Shown here piece after piece: positions 19,085-28,473 of a stretch of 47,658 nt of DNA. The DNA is taken from NCBI GenBank assembly GCA_013416795.1, contig RQSC01000154.1, positions 1 to 47,658 on the forward strand, read 5' to 3'. The stretch comes from Prasinococcaceae sp. CCMP 1430. Taxonomy: Eukaryota; Plantae; Prasinodermophyta. The notes under the pieces are model-generated. The model was not told the DNA's origin, made no database searches, and worked only from the letters and a program-made list of their open reading frames with translations. Positions within the stretch are counted from its first letter, which is position 1. Every line of letters starts with the position of its first letter. Made by a program: the position numbers and the translations under genes.

Positions 19085-20554
19085 ATGAGGTTACGGTTTT
19101 CGTGTCTGTTGCGAAGTGCTGCGCGCGCGCCGTCTGCTGCGCCTGTTCGAAATGCGCACGCACTCATTGGCAGCCGCCGGCAGCGGCTGGCGGTGGCGTG
19201 CGGTGGCATGCGGTGGCGTGTGCGGCGCGCCACACCGCCTGGGAGGGGAGCGGTGGGTGGATCGGCCGGCGCGGCGGCGGCACAGGCCGGCGAGGCGCCC
19301 GCGCCGAGCGCCGCGTCCGTGGCGGGCGCGTACGCCACCACGTTCAAGGCCGCGGTCGGATCGGGCGTCCTCACGCTGCCCGCGGCCGTGCGCACGTTCG
19401 GCCTCGTCGGCGGCTCGCTCGGGCTCGTTGTGTTTGCGCTGCTCAGCTGGTACACGACAGCGATACTCATCGAGTGCGCCACGCGGCTGCGCGAGCGCGA
19501 GGGGGCGGACGCTTCCAGGGCGGTGCAGTACGACGACCTAGGAGAGGCGGCGCTGGGTGCGCAGGGCGTGGCGTGGGCGTCGTTCGCGGTGGTGACGTGC
19601 CAGCTGGGCTCATGCATCGCGTTCTTCGTCTTCATCGCGTCCTCGGTGGCGGACGTTTTCGGCATCTCGCAGGCGGCCGCGCTGCTGGGCGTAGCGCCCG
19701 CGGCTGCCGCGCTGTGCCAGCTGCGGTCGACGGCGCGCCTTGCGCCAGTCGCCGGCCTCGGCAATGCCGCCCTGGCGCTCGGCATGGCGGCGGTGCTCGG
19801 CTACGGCATCCAGGCCGTCTCCGTGGCTGGCGCGCTGCCCGCGCTCTCCTCGTACTCGATGGTCAACTGGAGCGGCTTTCCCTCCTTCTTCGGCATCGCC
19901 ATCTTCGCGTACAGTGCACACGCCGAGGGCCTCACCATTTCGCAGGACTTGCCAGAGGAGACGCGCCGTGTGTACCCCTCGATCCTGCTGCGCACCTTCC
20001 TGTTCATCACCGTGCTGTACGTCCTCTTCGGCGGCGCGTGCTACTACCTCTTTGGCGCTGGCACGCCTGACATCATCTTCGAGGCCATGGCGGCGGGCAC
20101 GCTGCTGACGACAGTGGTAAAGCTGGCTGTGTCGGCCGTGCTGCTCGCGCAGTTCCCCATCGCCATGATGCCCGCGCTCCAGATAATGGAACCGCCGCTG
20201 GTCAAGGCGCTCGGGGGGGGCGGCGACGAGGGCGGTGGCAGGGCCGGGGGAGGTGGCGAGCTTTCCAAGCGCGCGCTGGTGGGCACGGGCGTCTTCCGTG
20301 CGGTGACGGTGGCCTTGCTCGCCTACGTGGCGCTTTGTTTGCCCTTCTTCTATGACCTCATGTCCATCGTGGGCTCGTTCTCCACAGGGCTGCTGGGCTT
20401 CGTGCTGCCTCCGCTCATGTACCTCAAGTTTGCGGACAAGGAGCTCTCCCCGACGGTCAGGATGGCGAACATGGCCATCTGTGCCATCGGCGTCATCGGG
20501 GGTTTGTACTGCTCCTACGACACCGCCGTGGGAATGCTGGCCAACATGGCGTAA
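19085..20554 (+). CDS. Amino-acid/auxin permease family transporter (Aa_trans, AVT3/ANT1-like)
   Basis: TTFKAAVGSGVLTLP, GIAIFAYSAH, YYLFG, QFPI, IVGSFSTGLLGFVLPP; about 11 hydrophobic segments. Start codon uncertain. Confidence 0.9.
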   Translation: MRLRFSCLLRSAARAPSAAPVRNAHALIGSRRQRLAVACGGMRWRVRRATPPGRGAVGGSAGAAAAQAGEAPAPSAASVAGAYATTFKAAVGSGVLTLPAAVRTFGLVGGSLGLVVFALLSWYTTAILIECATRLREREGADASRAVQYDDLGEAALGAQGVAWASFAVVTCQLGSCIAFFVFIASSVADVFGISQAAALLGVAPAAAALCQLRSTARLAPVAGLGNAALALGMAAVLGYGIQAVSVAGALPALSSYSMVNWSGFPSFFGIAIFAYSAHAEGLTISQDLPEETRRVYPSILLRTFLFITVLYVLFGGACYYLFGAGTPDIIFEAMAAGTLLTTVVKLAVSAVLLAQFPIAMMPALQIMEPPLVKALGGGGDEGGGRAGGGGELSKRALVGTGVFRAVTVALLAYVALCLPFFYDLMSIVGSFSTGLLGFVLPPLMYLKFADKELSPTVRMANMAICAIGVIGGLYCSYDTAVGMLANMA

Positions 20555-20771
20555 ACGCGGCGCAGTGACGCGCGCGCGCGCCGGCTCACGTGGGGTGGTG
20601 GTGTGGATGGCACACAGGGCGAGCGTAAAGTGGGTCGTCCATATTATCGGAGAGTTCCGCGGGCGTCAGGCCATAGCGCGGCGGCGCAGGTATTGGCGGG
20701 CGCGGTGATGACGTACCGGTGCCCGCCGCGTCGGAGCGAGTGGCGAAAGCGCGGGCGAACGGCCCGCGCCT

Positions 20772-21992
20772 CTACCTCAGGCGGTCCGGCGGCGTCAACA
20801 CTCCGGCTGCCTTGTCCGGGACATAACCTTGTAGAACGAGCTTGTTGTAGGTCCCCTTGCCGATGCCGATGGTCTTCCCGGTCGCCATGTTAACGATGAG
20901 CCCGCGCTTGCACAGTGGGCTCATGGGCGAGGCCTCGCGGGCCGGCGCGCCCTCCCCGCCGGCGGAGGAGTCGCGGGCCCAGCTGCCGTGGAGGTTTTTG
21001 TCGCCCCTGTGCTGGGTCTCGGCCGCGAGGCTCAAGTCCGTGTTTTGCCAGTCGTCCTCGGCAGCGCGAGCGTCCCGTCCGTCGCCGTCGACCGGGGTGC
21101 GGGGCTCGCGGAGCGGACCGTCGGCGCTGTGCGCCTCCGGCTCTGTGCGTTCCGCCTCTTGCACCCTCGTACTCGATGTGGCGGCGGGGGCGTCCAGCAG
21201 CGCTGCGTCCAGCAGCGCCTGGAGGGAGCCGTCCGCCCCGAAACGCGTCGTAGAGAGCAGCCAGCCCGCACCCACGCATGCCACGAGGACCCACCGGCTG
21301 TACAGCATCGACGCGCACACGCAGATGCCGCTGCCGCGTAGGATCCACTCGATGAGCTCCGTGAGGCGCGCATTCTCGTCCGGCAGCGGCATATACATGT
21401 GGGTGACCATGGCGCCCAAGACGACGGTGGTGACCACGTAGTACGCGAATACACTGCTCGCGAGCACCTCGCCGGCGTCCGGCAGCCACGAACCGTACAG
21501 AATGCGCATGACCGTCGTGAAGCCGCCGGACGCGAGCGCGAGCCACACAGCGGTGGATCTGGGGCTCAGTCTGCGCGCTGCGAGGACCACCGTGAGCAGC
21601 AGCGCAGTGGCGCTGAACGTCACGCCGCCCAGCGCCAGGCGGGCCTGCGCCGAGCGCGAGAGCGGCTTGGCCATCGCGATGAGGCTCACGCCGGCGGTGA
21701 CGGCCCCCACTGCGTACTTGGGCGCGTCAACGTACTCGCGCGTGGCGACGCACCCGCCGAGGCTCCTGCCGTTCGTGGACGCTGTTGCCACGTACAGGTC
21801 CCCGTACGGCGAGGCGCTCACTTCGCACGCGTCGGACGCCGCCGTCGACGCGCTGGCACGCAGCGCAGCGGGGCTGCACGCGGCGCCGCTCGCATCGGCG
21901 CGCATCGCGGCCGCCTCGGCGGCGGTGTCCGCGATGTACGCCGAGAAGCGTCGCGCGCCCGGGCAGCGCACGCGCAACGGCCCGCGCGCCAT
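20772..21992 (-). CDS. Hypothetical multi-pass membrane protein with C-terminal NxxTGxxIxIGxxTYxKL motif
   Basis: Long ORF with coding-like GC3 bias, several TM-like stretches and terminal IVNMATGKTIGIGKGTYNKL. Confidence 0.7.
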   Translation of the reverse strand: MARGPLRVRCPGARRFSAYIADTAAEAAAMRADASGAACSPAALRASASTAASDACEVSASPYGDLYVATASTNGRSLGGCVATREYVDAPKYAVGAVTAGVSLIAMAKPLSRSAQARLALGGVTFSATALLLTVVLAARRLSPRSTAVWLALASGGFTTVMRILYGSWLPDAGEVLASSVFAYYVVTTVVLGAMVTHMYMPLPDENARLTELIEWILRGSGICVCASMLYSRWVLVACVGAGWLLSTTRFGADGSLQALLDAALLDAPAATSSTRVQEAERTEPEAHSADGPLREPRTPVDGDGRDARAAEDDWQNTDLSLAAETQHRGDKNLHGSWARDSSAGGEGAPAREASPMSPLCKRGLIVNMATGKTIGIGKGTYNKLVLQGYVPDKAAGVLTPPDRLR

Positions 21993-22392
21993 CGCCCGCG
22001 CGCGGCGTCCGCCGCGCTGCTGCGCGCGCGCGCTCTGTGGCGCGCGCTCAAATTCGACGCACGTTCGAAGGCTGCGTCCCTCACCCGGTCTGATGCCGGA
22101 GAGACCCGGTCAAAACTCGGCTGAAAGCACGATTACTAGGGTGGGGTGCTGTTGCAGACCCCTGGATAAAGTGGAAAAGACCGGGGTCGCCATGGAGCAC
22201 CCCTGCGCACACGCAGACACGCACGCCGCGCTGCCCGCAGGGTCGCCACACTGCACTCTTGGGGGTGGGGGCGGTGGTGCGGCGCTGGTTGGCGGGGCGG
22301 CAGGGGCGTGGTAGGGCGGGCAGTGCCTTCGCCTCACCTTGCCTCGCCCCGTGTCGCCTTGCTTGGTCAGGGCGGCGGTGGAGCTGCCGGCG

Positions 22393-23007
22393 ATGGCTGC
22401 AGCGGGAGGTGGCGGCGCAGGCAGCAGCAGCGGCAAGGAGCGGTTGCCGTCGCCGCCAGCGTGGGACACGCTCGCTCAGGCCGTGGGCGGCCCGTCGCGG
22501 GCGTGCCTTGCGTCAGCGGTCGCCGCGCAAGTGTGTGCGGGCGACAGGGTCGTCGGGGATGCCGACCGAGCCGTGTGCTCCGCGCTGTCTGAGGCCGAAT
22601 GGGCCATCGCGCTGGGCGTGGGCGATGCGTCAGACGTGGCTGATGGCGACGACGCGCCAGCGTGGCCTTCCGGGAGCAGGCCGAGGCACCCAGCTGATGC
22701 GCTGCGATTGCTCGAGTTAGTGCCGTCGACGGCGCTCGCCCTGGCGCTGCTACGCTCGGTGGTGCCGATTTTTTGCGCAGCGGCTACGACAGAGCGCGCG
22801 CGCCCTGCATCCCCAGCCGACGCTGTGTACGTGGACGCATTGTGCGCGCTCGCAGGGCGGTGTGCAGACTTGAGCCGCGCTGGAGACGCAGAGGAGGTGC
22901 CGCTACCTGAGCTGTCCCTGGAGCGGAGTTATGGTACCATTGGCACCGCTGTCGAGCGCGAGCTGCGCACGCGGGCGCAGATCGCGGCATTGGCCTCAAG
23001 CGGCTGA
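22393..23007 (+). CDS. Hypothetical protein; possible upstream exon 22192-22241
   Basis: Helical-looking ORF with TGTAA at 23129. GT at 22242 and CAG ending at 22370 would join ATG 22192 in frame. Confidence 0.55.
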   Translation: MAAAGGGGAGSSSGKERLPSPPAWDTLAQAVGGPSRACLASAVAAQVCAGDRVVGDADRAVCSALSEAEWAIALGVGDASDVADGDDAPAWPSGSRPRHPADALRLLELVPSTALALALLRSVVPIFCAAATTERARPASPADAVYVDALCALAGRCADLSRAGDAEEVPLPELSLERSYGTIGTAVERELRTRAQIAALASSG

Positions 23008-23203
23008 CAGCGCGTGTGCAGCGAGGGATGGCGCGATGAAGGCGACTCCTGGCCGCTCACACCTCACACCCGACATCCCCCGACGCGGCCCGATCTTCGC
23101 TGTGTCTCCAGTATCTACACCTCTGTAGTGTAAGTTATGTATACGATCATCACCGGGGCCGAGTGGCCCGACGCGCGGCCCGCAGTGCGCCGTGGCGCAG
23201 CTC

Positions 23204-24082
23204 TCACAGCTCGTAGGGGCCGCACCTATCGATGGTCACCTTTTTCAGTGGCCGCTCGTTCTCCGTGGGCAGGCGTTCGATCACCCGCAGCGTGCGAAGA
23301 CCTTCGATCACACGGCCGAAGGCGACCTTGGTGGTGTCGAGCCAGGGAAGGGGCCTCGTGGTGAAGAAGAACTGTGACTGGCCAGTGTGCGGGCCCGTGT
23401 TGGCCATGCCGAGCATGCCCGGTTTATCGAAGCACAGCCCGTACGTTTCGTCCGCGATGGGCGCGCCGTCGGGAAGGGTTGCGCTCTTTCCATTCTTGCC
23501 GCTGCCGTCCACGACGTCTCCCCCCTGCACCCAGCCGCCCTTTTTGATGCGGTGGAACTCCGAGCCCTCGTACCCCCACTCCTCCCCCGTCGCTGCATCC
23601 TTGACGCCCTCGCAGAGTTTGCGAAAGTTGTCGCACGTGTTCGGCGCCTCGCTCTGAAACAGCTCGATGGTGAGGCTTCCTTCCGCCTCACCGTCGACGC
23701 TGAGGTCCATGTGCACGAAGGAGCTGCGCGATTTGTCCATGTAGCTGCGCATGTGCAGTTTGGCGAGCCCCCGGTAGATCATGTCGTTCGAGCTGTCCGA
23801 GTAGCCGAACTTCGCGCCAGCCCAGTCGAGGAGGTCTCTGCAGTTGCCGACGTAGCGAGGCACGGGACCATTTAGGTAGCAGAAGGTGTTGCCCGAGTGC
23901 TGCAGCGCCTTCTTGTCAGGCATCTCCTTGCGCAGCCGCTCCACCAGCGTCTCGTAGTCGGTTGGCACCAGTGCGAGCACCGTCGCGGTCGCGAGGCGCG
24001 AGTCGCGCAGGAACTCAGCGCACTTCTTCGCACGCTGAAAGTGACGCGTGTTGAGCTTGCCGGCAACCACGATGCTCTCCAT
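23204..24082 (-). CDS. PPIL6: Cyclophilin PPIL6-like (cilia-associated)
   Basis: N-terminal extension VVAGK..FQRAKKCAEFL, then FHRIKKGGWVQGGD, GMLGMAN, SQFFFT and VAFGRVIEG. The GW[IV]QGGD variant is characteristic of PPIL6. Confidence 0.85.
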   Translation of the reverse strand: MESIVVAGKLNTRHFQRAKKCAEFLRDSRLATATVLALVPTDYETLVERLRKEMPDKKALQHSGNTFCYLNGPVPRYVGNCRDLLDWAGAKFGYSDSSNDMIYRGLAKLHMRSYMDKSRSSFVHMDLSVDGEAEGSLTIELFQSEAPNTCDNFRKLCEGVKDAATGEEWGYEGSEFHRIKKGGWVQGGDVVDGSGKNGKSATLPDGAPIADETYGLCFDKPGMLGMANTGPHTGQSQFFFTTRPLPWLDTTKVAFGRVIEGLRTLRVIERLPTENERPLKKVTIDRCGPYEL

Positions 24083-24361
24083 GGCCGCGTTTGCGAACGG
24101 CGAGGATCAGGACACCGGCGGCGCCCACACCGCGCACAACCCCACACACCGACGCGCTCGCGCGCCCGCGGTGACGGGAACGCGCGCCGCACGCGCGGTC
24201 GTGCGGCGCCTCTCTCGCCAGCCGCCGCGCGCGCTCGCACGCCAGTGAGAGAGAGACAGACAGACAGACGGACGGACAGACAGAGATCCCGACCCTTGGC
24301 AGGGCCCGCCGCCGCCGCCGCGCTCCCGTGTGGGTTCGCGCCCGCGCGCACGCCGCCCCGC

Positions 24362-24378
24362 NNNNNNNNNNNNNNNNN
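24362..24378. other. Assembly gap (17 N)
   Basis: Run of n in the PPIL6/cyclase divergent intergenic region. Confidence 1.
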
Positions 24379-24599
24379 CACGCGCGCACGCGCGCGCGCA
24401 CGCGTAGACCCGCGCGGCAGGAGGCGCGGCCTGCCGCGGGCCGAGCGCGCGTGGGGCGCTTGATGCGCGGCCGCGCATTGGTCGCCTGAGCACCTTTGCG
24501 CCGGCGACGAGTTCTGGGCGGGTAGCGCCCGCGCGCGTCAGCGACAGCGGCGCTTCTGAGGAGCCCTCGGCGCCTTGGGACACAAACGCGGCGGGCGCC

Positions 24600-27500
24600 A
24601 TGCCTCGCTGCAGCGATGGGGGCGCGGTCGTGATTGACGTGTCGGCCACCAAGTGGTTGGGCGAGCCCGCCATCGACACCGCCGTTACGGCCGAGCTCTT
24701 CCGCCGCCGTTCGGCGCCGTGCGCGGAGGCGGCGAACGGCGCGCCGCAGCGGAGCAGCTTCCCGGGGCGCGGGCGCGCACCGCGCGCGTCCGATGGGGTC
24801 GGCTTCGCCGGTGCCAAGGCGAGGATATCGCTCACGGGCGACGGCGACGGCCTCATCGCGCAGCGCCGCGCGAGCGTGCACCACCAGCACGCTCCCAAGG
24901 CGAGGGGTACGCACGCGCGCGCGCGCGCGCACGAACAGGCATGCCCCTCCGTCCCCCGCGCGCGCGCCGGGGAACGGGCCCATATCAAAACGCACTACGC
25001 GCGCGCTCCCGAAACCGCACCCGAGACCGCCCGCGCCGAACCGGGGCGAAGCCGCCACTCAGAGGCGGGCCGCGGCGAGGCGCGCGCGGGGGGACGCCGG
25101 AACGGGCCGGGGCGGGCAATGTCGTTACGCTCGCTCCCCTCCCCCTCCGCGCGCGCACGGCGCGGGCGCGTGCGGCGAGCGGTCGTGGCAGGCGCGCATG
25201 CAAGGGGCGGAGCGCGCGAGAGAGAGAGGCGACCGAGCGAGCGAGCGCTCGGGGGGCGGGCTAACTCGAGTGGGTGCGCCGGTCCAGCGCCGGCGCGAGA
25301 GGAGCGCCGCGCATCTCTGACTCAACAGCGCCCGCCTGCGTTCGTGCTCATCCCCTCACTCGCGCCCGCGCTCGGCCGCGCTCCGCTGCATCCACACGAT
25401 AGAGAATGGCAAGTCAAACGTGTTCGATGAGATGGAGACCAAGAGCACCAATTTCCCCGAGTGGAAGTTAAAGATCGCCGATCAGGTTGAGAATGGCGCG
25501 CCCGCGGCTATCATGATGCTCATCACGCTGTGGGCGCTCTTTGCGGACGACATCCGTCTTGCGGGCACCGACAAAGGGGCAGACGATGCTTTCGTGGGCA
25601 TGACCATATTCTGCCTGCTCGCCTTTACGCTCGAGCTGCTCGCTCTGAGCTTCTGCAAGAAGGACTACTTCCTGGGCTTCTACTTCCTGCTTGATTTCGT
25701 GGCGACAGGGAGTCTACTGTTTGACATTCCTGAGGTAAACGAGGGGCTGTACGGCTCGAGCGATGGCAGTGACGGGGCGCAGTCGACCACACTGGCTCGC
25801 GCGTCGCGCACGTCACGCGCTGGCACCAAGGCTGGGCGCATCGTGCGCCTCGTGCGCCTCGTGCGCATTGTCAAGCTGTACAAGCAGTGGACGATGAAGA
25901 AGGAGGAGCGCGAGCGCATGAAGAACGCCGACCTGATGGACGACGAGCTGCTCGATCTGCAGGAATCGCGCGTGGGAAAGAAGCTCTCCGAGCTCACCAC
26001 CCGCCGTGTGATCGTCGGTGTGCTTGCCATGCTATTCATCTTGCCGACTTTCGAGGTCGACTTCCACGACGACCGCAAGCTCGAGGAGTGGCATCTGCCA
26101 GCCACTAGGGCGCTCACGGAGACTTGGCTGTCGCCCTGCCACCTCGACGGTGAGCCCTATAGCTATGATGAGCTCGTAGACCTCAACGCGCGCGCCGCCC
26201 TCAATCCGAGCCTGCTGCTTGGCGGAGCGAACGCTGAGGTCAAGATCTGCAACCACTGCGCTGGTGTGATCGGCGAGGAGTGGAATGCGGTGCATGGTGC
26301 GTCGCGTCACGCTTTGCCTTGGCGGCGCGCCAGCTGTATTCGTACTTGCAGCTGCTGCCAGTGCCCGTGACTACCCTCGCACGTTTCTCCACGCTCGCCG
26401 TTCATTCTATTCTGACGGGCTGGCCTCGCACGCACGTGCGCGCCGGTCGCCTGTGCAGCCGCGCGGGCCCTCGAATGGCGCCACTGCACGACTCTATCCT
26501 TTCAGAAGGCGCTGGACGTATTCTGCGACAACACAGACGGCGTGGCAGGAGGCGGCGGCGAGCTTGGGTGGTTTGATTCGATCGATCGCGACCCCTCGTC
26601 TAGGCCTGGCATCCCGTGCAAGGATAAGTCGATCGCCAAACTTGTGATCGCTGTGCAAGCGGACAGCTCTGCACAGGGCACCAACCATGGTGATCACGGC
26701 ATGGGCGATCAGAGCGCCAACTCCGGCGCGGTCATCGTCAATGATGTCGAGCGCCTCGATGGGCTACGCGACGAAGAGGTCAAAGTCGCCGGATACACGA
26801 CGGTCGTATGGTGGTCGCCGGACGCGACGTACGTGTCGAGCGTCTCGCTTGACATCAAGGGCACATCACGGTTCAGCGCCATACTCAACATCCTGCGCAC
26901 CATTTTCATCACCATCGTGCTTGGCGCGGGCGCTATGCTCTTCTCGAAGGACGCAAACGAGCTTGTACTCACGCCTATCGAGCGCATCATCAAGCGCGTG
27001 CGTGACATCGCCGAGAACCCGCTCGCAGCAGTTGACCCCAGGACCAAGGGCGCAGACGATGATGATGGCAACGACGAACAGTTCGAGATGGTCATCCTTG
27101 AACACTCGATTAATAAGATCTGCTCGCTGCTTGCCATCGGCTTCGGCGAGGCTGGCGCGGAAATCATCGGCGAGAACATGCGCTCGGGCGGTGACCTCAA
27201 TCCCATGGTGCCTGGTCGCAAGATGGTGGCCATTTTCGGGTTCTGCGACATCCGCCAATTCACCGACGCCACGGAGGTGCTGCAGGGGGATGTCATGGAG
27301 TACGTGAACTCCATTGGCAACATCGTGCACAACGAAGTGTCGCTGCACGGGGGCTCCGCCAACAAGAACATCGGCGATGCCTTCCTGCTCGTCTGGAAGT
27401 TCCCCGAGCATGTGACCCTCGATATGGTGGAGGATGTTGTTTTCCACGGCGCGGACTGCCCGCACGAAATTTCTGAGGTTGCCGACAAGGCGCTCGCGTC

Positions 27501-28194
27501 GTTTGTGGTCATCGTGGCCGCGCTCCGCCGGTCGGCACGCCTCGCGGAGTATCGCAAGAACAAGGTGCTCAATGAGCGCATCCCCAACTTCGAGGTGAAG
27601 ATGGGCTTCGGCCTGCACGTCGGCTGGGCTATTGAGGGCGCCATTGGTAGCGCGCACAAGATCGACGCGAGCTACCTCAGCCCCAACGTCAACATGGCCG
27701 CGCGTCTGGAGGCAGCCACTAAGCAGTTCCGAACGCCCATGCTGCTGTCGCAGGACTTCGTATCCATCCTGAGCCCCAAGGCGGCGCCACACGTGCGCCA
27801 GATCGATGCTGTGACTGTCAAGGGCTCGAAGCGGCCCATTGGGCTATACACCTTCGATGTGCACACTGACGATATCACGCCCGAGCCGGAAGGGCGCTCG
27901 GCGAGCGAGGATCTTGCAGAGATGACCGACGAGTTCCTCGAGCACCCGGACATCCTCAGCGTGCAGGCCAAGGACGTCGAGTTCAACCAAGCGTTCGAGA
28001 TTGGCTTCCAAGCATATCAGCGCGGCGACTGGATCACCGCACGCACGCAGCTCGAGCGCACGCTGGAGATCGCCAAGCGCCCGGGATGCAAGTCCAACCC
28101 CGGCCCAAGCATTTCACTGCTTGAGGTCCTCCACGAGCACAATTTCCAGGCGCCGCCCGACTGGAAAGGCTTCCGCGAGCTCACGGAGAAGTGA
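24600..28194 (+). CDS. Class III adenylyl cyclase with N-terminal voltage-sensor-like TM domain and C-terminal TPR-like helices; exons about 24600-24906, 25403-26289, 26506-28194
   Basis: S4-like RIVRLVRLVRIVKLYK. Cyclase motifs FCDIRQFT, ANKNIGDAF, KIDASY and NMAARLE, with the Lys/Asp pair that specifies ATP. Splices: GTACGC at 24907 to TAG ending at 25402 (phase 1) and GT at 26290 to CAG ending at 26505 (phase 0). The first exon is less certain. Confidence 0.9.
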
Positions 28195-28340
28195 GTGCGA
28201 GCACAATCGCATAGGCCTCACACGCGCTTGCGATGGCGCAGACGCAGCTGCGCGCGCGTGCACGCATACACACATGCGCGCGCAAAGCCTGCCTAATGAG
28301 ACGACTAAGACTGTACACTAACAAATTATTCTCGGGCGCA

Positions 28341-28442
28341 TCAGAAGTTCCAGTCCCCAGGACCATCCTGCGGCAAGCTCGGCGGAGGCGGTGCACCAGC
28401 ATCCATGTAGTCTCCATCGCTCCGTCCGCCGCCGCGACCACC

Positions 28443-28473
<31 letters not shown>

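Noticed and set aside
22082-22094. 13-bp identity CACCCGGTCTGAT with 36722-36734 as a dispersed repeat
   Set aside because: 13-mer matches are expected by chance in 47 kb of skewed composition; kept only as weak support for a motif.
28341-28365. TGA read as selenocysteine to extend a RanBP2 finger (GDWNF-TGA-CAR)
   Set aside because: The spacing does not fit W-x-C-x2-4-C, another stop follows within four codons, and no SECIS is evident.
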